A stretch of DNA of 64,000 bases from a virus: IMG/VR virus record IMGVR_UViG_3300032322_001107, positions 8,850 to 72,849 of that record. The stretch is one strand, 5' to 3'. This document shows, in pieces, positions 44,612-54,064 of the stretch (position 1 is the first letter of the stretch; every line of letters begins with the position of its first letter). The notes beneath the pieces were generated by a model, which ran no database searches, had not been told where the DNA came from, and was given only the letters and a program-made list of their open reading frames with translations. Position numbers and translations under genes: made by a program.

Positions 44612-47035
44612 ATGAAATATATTCTCTCACTTATTATCAGTGGAGCCTTGGTTGTTTCGGGCTTCGGGCAAACTCGGAACGTTCTTGTCGGCACCAATAA
44701 TGCCGTAGTCCAACCGACTAATTTTTGGAGCGCGGACGCTTCCAACGCTCGCACGGGACTAGGATTGGGAACCTCCGCTACCAATCCCGCATCCGCATTT
44801 CAACCTTCTTCTGCCACGCTTTCCAACTTGGCTGCGAGTAATGGCGGAAACTTAACAAATCTTCAGTCCGCAAATTTAGTTGGCATTATTCCAGCGTCCA
44901 ACATTCCGTCAACCACGTTAACCAATATTTCTGGAACTCTTTCGATTGCTTCTGGCGGAACGGGAGCCACCAACGCGGGTGGGGCAAGGACGAATTTGGG
45001 GTTGGGGTGGACGGCTCTTGCCAATACCAATAGTGCAACATCGCTTATGGGGCTTGTTGTTGATACTGGAGCAACAAACATTTTTTATGTAACTGGGGCT
45101 GGGAGTCCATCAAATTCTATTATTTTTACCAATCCCGTTGAATTGTCTGGAGGGGCACATGGATTGAGAATTGCTGATGGAACAAATGAAGCTTGGGATT
45201 TTCCAAATGACGCAGCGGCTGAGTTTTATTATTCGTTTGGGTTTTATGGGGCCAATGCTTCAAATAACGCAGCAACAGCAAGAACAAACCTTGGATTGGG
45301 AGCCACATGGCTCACAAACACTAATGCTCCAGTATTTGTGAATACCAATGGAGAAGTGGTGAGTCCGACCAACTTTTGGCAGGTAGCCCCGATATCCACA
45401 ACTGTCCAATACCAAACAAATGTTACTGGAACATCAACAAATGCTGCAACAAACAGTCGCAATCTATTTCTGTTCAGTCTTTCTCCTTCGGTGTCGGGAA
45501 TTACCAATACGGTGACATTGCCCACAAATCCCGCAACCACATTTGAAGGAGATAGAGCTACTGTTACCCATCTTGCCCAGACAACCAACGCAGTGACGGC
45601 TATCAGGCAATTGGGCGCAGCAACCAATATTATTACGCTCAACCAGCTTGATGAAACGGTTCTATTGATGTATCGCAGCGGAGCATGGATATTGGCCGAC
45701 AACATTTCCTACATTGAGCCTATCTATTTTTCTGGCACTAACGCAGCAGCCAATGCGGCGGCAAGCAGAACCAATTTGGGGCTAGGAGCGACTTGGCTCA
45801 CGAACACCAACGTCACAAATTTCCGCACGGCGATTGGGTTGGGGGAAGAGGACTCTCCGCAATTTGATGATATAAGCTCATCTTCGGCAAATATTTCGCA
45901 AATTTCTGCCAATGCTATAGGCATGAATGGTGCAATTTCTTGGACTGGAACAAACGCAACAGCAAACGCCGCCACAACCCGCACCAATTTGGGATTGGGA
46001 TCAACAAATAATGTTATTTTTTTATCTTTGATAACGGCAAATACCAATGGATCACTCATTAATTTGGATCCATCTGAAACGCTTGGGCAGTCCTTGACTG
46101 GTATTGGAAGGACTTCAAATTCAATTTATTTTACTTATGCAGCATTTACATATCTAGAAGCCAACACCAATGGGTGGACAGTTCATAGGCCGTTTTCATT
46201 TTCGTCAGACGGGATAAGGCTTGGAACATTAACAAACTTGCAACTTGCTTCTACTAATATTGTTACATTCGCTGGCATCACCAACAACGGCGACATCACA
46301 ATCAACAGCACCACGGCCAGCAACGGCCTGCTTTACATCCGCCGCACCAACAACGAACCCTTCCTCGGCCTTGCCAACCTCATCGCGTCGAACAATACGA
46401 CGATCAGCAACGAAACTTTATTTCGCGTAGGCGTTTCAGAGGCGACCAACAAAGCCGCGCAATTCGGCTTCCGTAGCACCAACACCAACGGCAACGGCGT
46501 GGCGGTGTTCAGCGTGTTTGGTTACAACGCGCTGATGATGATCGGCCCCTCCGATCCCGAAGCAGGAACTAACCCCATCGAAGCAACGGTGTATTCCGTT
46601 AATCCAACAAACAAGGTGATGACTCTTATTAGAACCAACACTGGAGCTACGATGTTCCATCGTCCTATTGAGTTTGAAAATACCACCAACCAAGCTGTGA
46701 CTCGCACCAACCTTGGCCTTGGCCAAACCAATAGCGTCACATTTTCTTCGCTAACTCTTTCAAGTGATCTAACTTTTGGCAGTGGAGATAACATTGTTCT
46801 GTCCACAACAAATGGGACGAAGATTGGAACAGCAACAAACCAGCTTCTTGGCTTTTATAATCAAACTCCTATTGTGCAACCATCCACAACAGGAGTTACC
46901 ACCAACGGATTTACTCAGGGAAGCGGAAACAATGTCCACCCAAATAGCACATTTACTGGTGGCATAGGAACAAATGCATACACAATTTCGGATATTGTAG
47001 CGCATTTGAAATCGCTTGGGCTGATCGCTCCTTAA
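44612..47035 (+). CDS. Asn/Thr-rich fibre-like protein with N-terminal signal peptide
   Basis: Repeated (A)RTNLGLG motifs, C-terminal LKSLGLIA, N-terminus MKYILSLIISGALVVSGFG|Q. Confidence 0.75.
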   Translation: MKYILSLIISGALVVSGFGQTRNVLVGTNNAVVQPTNFWSADASNARTGLGLGTSATNPASAFQPSSATLSNLAASNGGNLTNLQSANLVGIIPASNIPSTTLTNISGTLSIASGGTGATNAGGARTNLGLGWTALANTNSATSLMGLVVDTGATNIFYVTGAGSPSNSIIFTNPVELSGGAHGLRIADGTNEAWDFPNDAAAEFYYSFGFYGANASNNAATARTNLGLGATWLTNTNAPVFVNTNGEVVSPTNFWQVAPISTTVQYQTNVTGTSTNAATNSRNLFLFSLSPSVSGITNTVTLPTNPATTFEGDRATVTHLAQTTNAVTAIRQLGAATNIITLNQLDETVLLMYRSGAWILADNISYIEPIYFSGTNAAANAAASRTNLGLGATWLTNTNVTNFRTAIGLGEEDSPQFDDISSSSANISQISANAIGMNGAISWTGTNATANAATTRTNLGLGSTNNVIFLSLITANTNGSLINLDPSETLGQSLTGIGRTSNSIYFTYAAFTYLEANTNGWTVHRPFSFSSDGIRLGTLTNLQLASTNIVTFAGITNNGDITINSTTASNGLLYIRRTNNEPFLGLANLIASNNTTISNETLFRVGVSEATNKAAQFGFRSTNTNGNGVAVFSVFGYNALMMIGPSDPEAGTNPIEATVYSVNPTNKVMTLIRTNTGATMFHRPIEFENTTNQAVTRTNLGLGQTNSVTFSSLTLSSDLTFGSGDNIVLSTTNGTKIGTATNQLLGFYNQTPIVQPSTTGVTTNGFTQGSGNNVHPNSTFTGGIGTNAYTISDIVAHLKSLGLIAP

Positions 47036-47048
47036 ACACATTTTATAA

Positions 47049-47417
47049 ATGACCAACTACTGGAGACTTGAGAGGGATATTGATATCGTCCAAGGAAAAA
47101 CTTGGACGGCGAAGTTTCGTTATCTGACAAAATCCTGCAAGGGCAAGTCAAATGTCCCAGTCAATCTTTCGGGCTACGGGGCGAACATGGTCATTCGGGA
47201 GTGCGCCAAGGATAGTGCTACTTTGCTCACATTGACCGCAGGAAGCGGGATTACGCTAGGATCTGATGGGACTATCGAAATAGTAATGACGGCCACGCAG
47301 GCGTCAAATCTGACGGCGGGAGACAATGTCTACGAAATCGAACTAAGCCAAGGCTACACCTATATCGCATTTGCCACAGGTAAAGCCAAAGTCTACGAGG
47401 AGATTGCCCGAAGCTAA
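47049..47417 (+). CDS. Second BppU-like adaptor paralogue
   Basis: QGKTW...[13 protein letters not shown]...YEIEL, similar to 43923-44285. Confidence 0.7.
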   Translation: MTNYWRLERDIDIVQGKTWTAKFRYLTKSCKGKSNVPVNLSGYGANMVIRECAKDSATLLTLTAGSGITLGSDGTIEIVMTATQASNLTAGDNVYEIELSQGYTYIAFATGKAKVYEEIARS

Positions 47418-47418
47418 A

Positions 47419-50400
47419 ATGGAAGTCATCGAAGTAGTAGAGAGGGAAGTTGAGGTCATTGAGTTGATCGAACGTGGCCCCGCTGGCCCTACAGGCCCGC
47501 AGCCCGACATCAATTACACTGTAGTCTCGTCAGCCCGCACCCTAGAGGCAGCAGATTTAATCGCAGCAGACACCTCTGGAGGGGCGTTTACTCTTACTCT
47601 TCCACTTAATCCTAGTAATGGAGATGCGGTAGACATCTTTGATTTCTCGGAAACCTTTGATACGAACAATCTGACCATCGCCCGAAACGGACAAAGAATC
47701 GAATCTATCGAAGAAGATCTTATCTGTAACGTCGAAGGAGCCTACTTCACCTTAATCTACACTGGAGCAACAAGAGGCTGGCAAGTATTACCACGATATG
47801 GAACTTCGGGCGGTGGAGGCGGGGAATCTGTTCTTACAAATACAGGAGATATGCTTTATCGGGGTGTCGGTGTCAACGCCCGCCTCCCTATCGGAACCGC
47901 AGGACAGGTTCTGAAAGTAAACAGCGGAGCCACGGCCCCCGAATGGGGAACCATCTCCACAGCACCCAGTGGCCCCGCAGGAGGAGACCTCACTGGAACT
48001 TACCCCAATCCCACTTTAACCACTTCAGGGGTAAGCGCGGGAACCTATACCAAGGTCACCGTTGATGCCAAGGGGCGGGCGACTGTCGGAGCTTCCGCCA
48101 CAAAGTCTGATGTTGGACTCGGTAATGTCGATGACACAAGTGATGCCTCAAAACCCGTCTCAACAGCTACCCAGACTGCGCTAAATCTAAAGGCTAATCT
48201 AGACTCCCCCGCGCTCACTGGAACCCCGACAGCACCTACCGCTGCTGCTGGAACTGACACCACACAAGTCGCCACTACGGCATTTACGCTGGCAAATCGC
48301 GGAGACCGATACCTCACAACCAGCACATCTTCTCATTCGCTTACTACAGGTTCCAAAACATTTACTGTACAGTCGGGACTTAGTTATACTCCAACACAGG
48401 ACGTTACCATTGTATACGATGCAGCCCGTCATATGCATGCTATTGTTACCAGCTATTCTGGAACATCATTGGTAGTTAATGTCGATACCGTAGAAGGTAG
48501 TGGCGGGCCATTTACAGCTTGGACAATCAATGTGGGTGGGCTTTTGACAGCACAGGGGGCACTACTTGAGGTTAACAATCTCAGTGATGTCAGCAACCCC
48601 GCAACCGCATTAACCAATATCGGTGGTGTACCAACAAGCCGATCTATCAGCGCGGGAACGGGGCTTACTGGCGGTGGAGATCTTACGGCTAATAGAACGC
48701 TCACAGTTAGCTATGGATCTACAGCAGGAACTGCCTGCCAAGGCAATGATGCGCGGTTGAGTGATGCGAGGACGCCTGCGGCTCACGCCGCCAGTCACAG
48801 AGCGGCGAAGCCCGCCGTTGCCGCCAGATACACAGGCATTGGCGATAACGAAACCTTTTCCGAAGAAGTAGTAATTATAGCAAACACCGCAGGGACGGCG
48901 GGCAATAGCATCACGCTGACCTTTGATGGCGTGGATGATGTGGATACCGTGTTGGCCGCTTGGAACGCAGCCAATCCGTCAAACCAAGCCACATTAGACA
49001 GTGGCGATGGCGAACAAGTCCCCGCCGATGGCGACTTTCTTACGCTTTCGGGCGGAGTTGCGGCGATTGTTGGCGGCAGTGATCCGTTTGCCAACATCAA
49101 CCAAGACCTTGGCACGACCGACCAAGTAAATTTTTCCACACTTACCCTAACCGCTCCCCTCAATGGCGAAGTCATTCGTATCAATGGGGTTGATCCATTG
49201 GGCAGTGACACAGGCTTCGCCGTCTACAACACCACAGGCAACCAATCCAACTCGTTCTATTTTAACAAAAACAACTCCTTTATCGGCATTGGCGTAGGAG
49301 CGAGCCGAAATTACATTCAGTCCTCGCAGCCAGTGGATGTTGGCGCGGAGCTTGCTGTGGCGGGGCCAATAAACATCACGGGGGCGAGCGCATCTACTCA
49401 CAAGGCAACCACTCGCACCAACCTTGGCGCAGCCGCCTCTGGCTCCATCACCTCCAGCGGCCTCACGCAATCCACCGCAAGAATTTTAGGCCGCACGACA
49501 GCCAGCACAGGCTCCATCGAGGAGATCCAAATCGGCTCGGGCCTTTCGCTTTCGGCGGGGGAGTTGTCTTCCACAGTCAGCGCGGGCATCCCTGCAACCC
49601 TCCTCGACGCCAAAGGCGATCTCATCGTGGCCTCGGCGGCGGATACGGCGGCGCGGCTGGCGGTGGGCGGGACGAATGGTCATGTGCTGACGGTGGACTC
49701 GACGGAGACGCTGGGGGTGAAGTGGGCGGCGGCGGCAGGAGGCGTCTCTGGCGTCGATAGCACCACCGACGATGTCTTCAGCGTATCGGGCAGCAACCTC
49801 GTTGCCGACGATGGCGGGCTAATCGACTCGGCCAATCCTTTCGTTCAGTGGAACGACACATCGGGCAAGCTCGTCTACGCCAACCCGCTCAGTCGGCCAT
49901 CTGGCGCTTTCTATGTCGGGCTGGCTCCGACTACCACGGCGCTCGGAACGCGGGCGATCAACATTCAAAGCAACAGGGCGGGCGCGACAAGCGTTGCCGC
50001 CAACACTGACGCCATTGTCATTGGAGACGCCGCCACCACAGGCTCAAGCTCGGTTGCCATCGGCCTCCGCGCATCGGCGGGAGGAAGTAGTGTGGCAATC
50101 GGACTTGATGCCACCACTTTTAGCAATCCCAGTGGTGCAATCGCCATCGGTCGCTCTGCAAGCGCAAGTGGAACAAGTTGGCCTATAGCCCTTAACGGAA
50201 CCGCTTCCGAATCTGACGCTATTGCCATCAACGGCACGGCCTCAAATCTTAACAGCGTAGCCATCGGGCGCGGAATTACAGCGAACTTGATGGGCCAATT
50301 TTTCACGCGCTCCTTTGGCGTGAATTATTGGGGCGGGCAAACAACCAACAACACGGCGACCATATTAAATCTGGATGCAGGCGCAGGAGGAACCGCTCGC

Positions 50401-50697
50401 TTCACCATCGCCGCCAACACCGCCTTGGCCGTGGACATCACCCTTGTAGCGCGGCGATCTGGAACACAAGACAAGTGGCTGGTTGCCCGCCGTTTTTTGG
50501 GCATCCGTCGAGACGCAACGAACACCGCGCTGATCGGGTCAGTTGGAAACTACGGACTTGATCAAAGCGCAGGATCTCCGACTTGGACATTTGCGTTGAC
50601 CGCCGACACGACCAACAATGCGCTTCAGTTGCAAGTTACGGGGGAGACAGGCGAGACCGTAGAATGGAGAGCAACTGCATTTTATAGAGTTGTCTAA
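47419..50697 (+). CDS. Mosaic tail fibre protein
   Basis: Collagen-like [59 protein letters not shown], and YadA-head-like SVAIG repeats. Confidence 0.85.
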   Translation: MEVIEVVEREVEVIELIERGPAGPTGPQPDINYTVVSSARTLEAADLIAADTSGGAFTLTLPLNPSNGDAVDIFDFSETFDTNNLTIARNGQRIESIEEDLICNVEGAYFTLIYTGATRGWQVLPRYGTSGGGGGESVLTNTGDMLYRGVGVNARLPIGTAGQVLKVNSGATAPEWGTISTAPSGPAGGDLTGTYPNPTLTTSGVSAGTYTKVTVDAKGRATVGASATKSDVGLGNVDDTSDASKPVSTATQTALNLKANLDSPALTGTPTAPTAAAGTDTTQVATTAFTLANRGDRYLTTSTSSHSLTTGSKTFTVQSGLSYTPTQDVTIVYDAARHMHAIVTSYSGTSLVVNVDTVEGSGGPFTAWTINVGGLLTAQGALLEVNNLSDVSNPATALTNIGGVPTSRSISAGTGLTGGGDLTANRTLTVSYGSTAGTACQGNDARLSDARTPAAHAASHRAAKPAVAARYTGIGDNETFSEEVVIIANTAGTAGNSITLTFDGVDDVDTVLAAWNAANPSNQATLDSGDGEQVPADGDFLTLSGGVAAIVGGSDPFANINQDLGTTDQVNFSTLTLTAPLNGEVIRINGVDPLGSDTGFAVYNTTGNQSNSFYFNKNNSFIGIGVGASRNYIQSSQPVDVGAELAVAGPINITGASASTHKATTRTNLGAAASGSITSSGLTQSTARILGRTTASTGSIEEIQIGSGLSLSAGELSSTVSAGIPATLLDAKGDLIVASAADTAARLAVGGTNGHVLTVDSTETLGVKWAAAAGGVSGVDSTTDDVFSVSGSNLVADDGGLIDSANPFVQWNDTSGKLVYANPLSRPSGAFYVGLAPTTTALGTRAINIQSNRAGATSVAANTDAIVIGDAATTGSSSVAIGLRASAGGSSVAIGLDATTFSNPSGAIAIGRSASASGTSWPIALNGTASESDAIAINGTASNLNSVAIGRGITANLMGQFFTRSFGVNYWGGQTTNNTATILNLDAGAGGTARFTIAANTALAVDITLVARRSGTQDKWLVARRFLGIRRDATNTALIGSVGNYGLDQSAGSPTWTFALTADTTNNALQLQVTGETGETVEWRATAFYRVV

Positions 50698-50699
50698 TT

Positions 50700-51233
50700 A
50701 TGAACCCCAAAGAAATCTACAACGTATTACTTACCGAGCCGAAAGTTATCGACGGCAAAACGTGGCACAACCTCTCTTACCAGATAACCCGCGACGAAGC
50801 GGGCAAGATCGAAGTCACCGAGTTTGGCTGGCCGACTAAGCTGACGATTTACGAGCAGGACGGCCCCGAACTGGATGCGCTGGACGAGGCAACGGTGAAA
50901 GCCGCCGTTGAAGCCGCGCTGCCTGTGGATGAGGGTTATGTGATTCCGCCGCCGCCGACTCCGTATGTTGAGGCTTTCACGCCCGAAGCATGGGTGACGC
51001 GGCACCTTACATCCCTGCAAATTCTTTCCCTGCAACGTCTGGAAATGGCCCTGCTTCAAGCGAGCTTGCCGCTCGGCACGAACATGGCCGCGCTCAAGGG
51101 TTGGCTGGAGGCCATGATGTTGGCGAGCGTTGACCCGACTCCACGCACATTTCCTGCCCCGCCGTGTTCCTACGAGGTTGCGTCAGCGGAGGCGGTGGCT
51201 GGGTTGCAATCAGGTCAAAATCCCGAAACATAA
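50700..51233 (+). CDS. Putative tail-fibre assembly/chaperone protein
   Basis: 177 aa, immediately after the fibre gene and sharing its higher-GC composition. Confidence 0.5.
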   Translation: MNPKEIYNVLLTEPKVIDGKTWHNLSYQITRDEAGKIEVTEFGWPTKLTIYEQDGPELDALDEATVKAAVEAALPVDEGYVIPPPPTPYVEAFTPEAWVTRHLTSLQILSLQRLEMALLQASLPLGTNMAALKGWLEAMMLASVDPTPRTFPAPPCSYEVASAEAVAGLQSGQNPET

Positions 51234-51237
51234 TCTT

Positions 51238-53481
51238 ATGGCAAACCTCTCTTCATTCTATCCCCAGCCAGTAGTACCCAATGCTATAGAAGTTACTGCT
51301 TCTGGGTCTACAACTGCAAGAACTCTATCAACGAGGTTTGCCGACATAGTAAATGTTAAAGATTTTGGTGCGGTGGGTGACGGGGTTTCCGATGATTGGT
51401 TAGCTATTCAGAGGGCAATTGCCGCAGCGGCAGATGTACCAAACGCCGCAACATTAACAATGCCAGCAGCACTGGGTGTTTCAGATCCAATGTCTGTCAA
51501 CGCCTTTGGCATATGGATTCCTAAACTTTTTTATTTTGGTGTTTCTAGACGTATTGTCTATTTCCCTTCTGGCCAATACGCAATTTCTAGGCCACTTGTT
51601 GCCAGCGGAGAACAAATTCATTTATTGGGATACAGTGGACGCATGTCTCGCATTAATGTGAGTAAAAACGCAGCAACATCCGCTGGTCTTGCAACAATGT
51701 TTAATGGTGTTGAACCGCTTAACGAATGGGTTTATAGAGAATTAGTTGCCGTTGATGGCACAGAGCCAGTTGGATTTTGGTCTCTGTGGCCAGATTACGG
51801 TCATGGAAATCGCATTGAAGGTCTTGGAGTTGGTTTAACAGAACTTGATGAAAACAATCAAACGACAATCCGACCATTTGATACAGTGTCAGATGTTCTG
51901 GCATATTTGCCGTTTACAGAAGGCCCTCCGCCATTTGCAAAAGTTTCTGGAACACAGGGAACAAACACTCTAACTATTAATACAGAAATTCGGTGCTGGG
52001 TTGGAATGAAAATAAAACCCAGAAATCATGCCACAACTTACACTGTTGCATCTTTTTCTGTTGGTTCAAATAGCGTAACAATAACAACAGTCGAAACAGT
52101 TACTAGCAATATCGTTAATGAAATGGCGCTTCGTGGAAAATCGGCAGCAAATGGAATTCTTTTAAATGGCGGAGAAAATATGGCAATTATTAGGTGCTTT
52201 GCCGATGGATTTTATTATGGTTCTGGAATTTCGCTATTAGGAGGTTCCCCAGCAGCAATTATTGATAATTGCATGGTTAATTCTAATAAAGTTGGTTACG
52301 AAATAGAATCTGGGCCATCCATACTTATAAAACCTTCTGGTGATAACAATCAAACATTTGTTCGCGCTGGATTTAAATCTCTAGCCACACTTTATATTGA
52401 AGGAATAAAAATGGAGAATTTTGGATCACCTCCATTTTTTGGTTTTGAAACTGGAATAAAAGAGATTTTTCAACTTGGAAGTTATGGTGGTCAAGGGCGA
52501 CCATCCAGCATGAAAATTGTTGGAGGATCTATCAATATTAATGTAAGCCCCAATCTTGAAGACTCCGTTATTTATGCTGAATACGCTACGGTTTACCCAG
52601 CAAATATACAAACCAGCGGACTAAACATGCAAAACCAATGCTCGATTATTCATCAAAGGCGCAACCTTTTGAATAATGATATTTTGAAACGCATTGGAAG
52701 GTCTGATTGGCAAAGCACACAGCATGCAGAACGTTATGGTGGTAAATCTGAACGAATGAGCGATGGATTGGTAGATTGGTATGTTTATGGAGATAGGCGC
52801 AATGCTGTTTTTGACTTGATAGATAATCGCGGAGGAATAGTGGCAGATTCTGGATCTGGAAGACCTTCAGGTAATGCAACATTTGAAAGAGACGGACAAA
52901 CAGTAACGTTTACTCAGGCAAATCACGGACTACAAGTTGGAAATCAAATTTTTGTGGCACAGTATATTTCTACCGACCCACCAAATACATTTTTTACAGC
53001 AACGGGAAGCGCATCTGATGGAAGCTTTACTGGATCGTTATTTGTTAAATCTGTAAACGGAAACGATTTTACATGCACCGTAGCCAATAGCGGTCCAGAT
53101 GAAGGAACCGTAAAGCTTATTTATGGAAAATATTGGGATTTTCACAGTTTTTACGACAATAGGCATATTGTTCAAATACCAAGCGATTTGGGTTCTCCGA
53201 ACATTAATAGGGAAGTTTTTGTTTTTAAAGATTTACAAAATAGAAATCTGTCTGGATTGCGAGTTGCTACAGCTACTGAAGGTGATTGGTGGGCAAGTAA
53301 ATCTCTAAACATAGGCGGAACCATCGATAGCCCCTCATCCCGAATCTTGACTGGCACAGGCGCACCTAGTGCGCCCGCACCCAATGGATCTATCTATCTC
53401 AGAACAGATGGAGATGCTTCCAGCACAGTATATGTGAGAGCGGGAGATCAATGGAGGCCACTTGGAGCTTATGAACCTTAA
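51238..53481 (+). CDS. Tailspike / pectate-lyase-like beta-helix protein
   Basis: VNVKDFGAVGDGVSDD..AIQ.AI, VYFPSGQY; C-terminal GTGAP..APNGSIYLRTDG. Confidence 0.85.
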   Translation: MANLSSFYPQPVVPNAIEVTASGSTTARTLSTRFADIVNVKDFGAVGDGVSDDWLAIQRAIAAAADVPNAATLTMPAALGVSDPMSVNAFGIWIPKLFYFGVSRRIVYFPSGQYAISRPLVASGEQIHLLGYSGRMSRINVSKNAATSAGLATMFNGVEPLNEWVYRELVAVDGTEPVGFWSLWPDYGHGNRIEGLGVGLTELDENNQTTIRPFDTVSDVLAYLPFTEGPPPFAKVSGTQGTNTLTINTEIRCWVGMKIKPRNHATTYTVASFSVGSNSVTITTVETVTSNIVNEMALRGKSAANGILLNGGENMAIIRCFADGFYYGSGISLLGGSPAAIIDNCMVNSNKVGYEIESGPSILIKPSGDNNQTFVRAGFKSLATLYIEGIKMENFGSPPFFGFETGIKEIFQLGSYGGQGRPSSMKIVGGSININVSPNLEDSVIYAEYATVYPANIQTSGLNMQNQCSIIHQRRNLLNNDILKRIGRSDWQSTQHAERYGGKSERMSDGLVDWYVYGDRRNAVFDLIDNRGGIVADSGSGRPSGNATFERDGQTVTFTQANHGLQVGNQIFVAQYISTDPPNTFFTATGSASDGSFTGSLFVKSVNGNDFTCTVANSGPDEGTVKLIYGKYWDFHSFYDNRHIVQIPSDLGSPNINREVFVFKDLQNRNLSGLRVATATEGDWWASKSLNIGGTIDSPSSRILTGTGAPSAPAPNGSIYLRTDGDASSTVYVRAGDQWRPLGAYEP

Positions 53482-54037
53482 AAATACACTTCTAGCATTG
53501 CTGGCGATGTCTTCCTCGCTCTGGGGACAGACGATCACCACAAATACTAATGATCTAACCACCCCTTGGTCTAATTCGTTTTCGGGATTTCAAGGTATAA
53601 CCAACACAGGTCGGGCGTTTCGCGTCACGGCATCCAATCTCACGACCAACATCACAGTGGCTCTTTCCGACTCTACAAACTGGCAAGTATCGACGAACAA
53701 CACCGCCTTCACCAATACCCTGTCAATGGCGAGTAATTCCTCCAACGCTCTCTTATGGGTAAGGATGAGCGGGTCAAATGTCGGAACATTCACTAATATC
53801 ATCAGCCTGACCAGCACTGGAACGAACGGAACAAATACCAACAACGTAACAAACACTACCACAATTACGGGAACGGTGGTCGCTTCGTTGGCTTCGGTCA
53901 TGTATGATAAGGCCACAGCACTCATTGTCCGTCCGACCAATTTGGGACTGAATACCAACATTACTTTCGTTGACGCCGCAACCAACACCAATACAGTATC
54001 GATCTCCAATGGTATTATTACTGGCTGGACACAATAG
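53471..54037 (+). CDS. Asn/Thr-rich protein with signal peptide and fibre-type C-terminus
   Basis: MNLKNTLLALLAMSSSLWG|Q; ends TVSISNGIITGWTQ. Confidence 0.7.
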   Translation: MNLKNTLLALLAMSSSLWGQTITTNTNDLTTPWSNSFSGFQGITNTGRAFRVTASNLTTNITVALSDSTNWQVSTNNTAFTNTLSMASNSSNALLWVRMSGSNVGTFTNIISLTSTGTNGTNTNNVTNTTTITGTVVASLASVMYDKATALIVRPTNLGLNTNITFVDAATNTNTVSISNGIITGWTQ

Positions 54038-54064
54038 ACTTAACACCTTACACTTTCTACTTTA

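Noticed and set aside
44612-53481. Diversity-generating retroelement acting on fibres
   Set aside because: No reverse transcriptase and no TR/VR pair differing at adenines were seen. The short repeats (for example LGLGATWLTNTN twice) are protein-level repeats.
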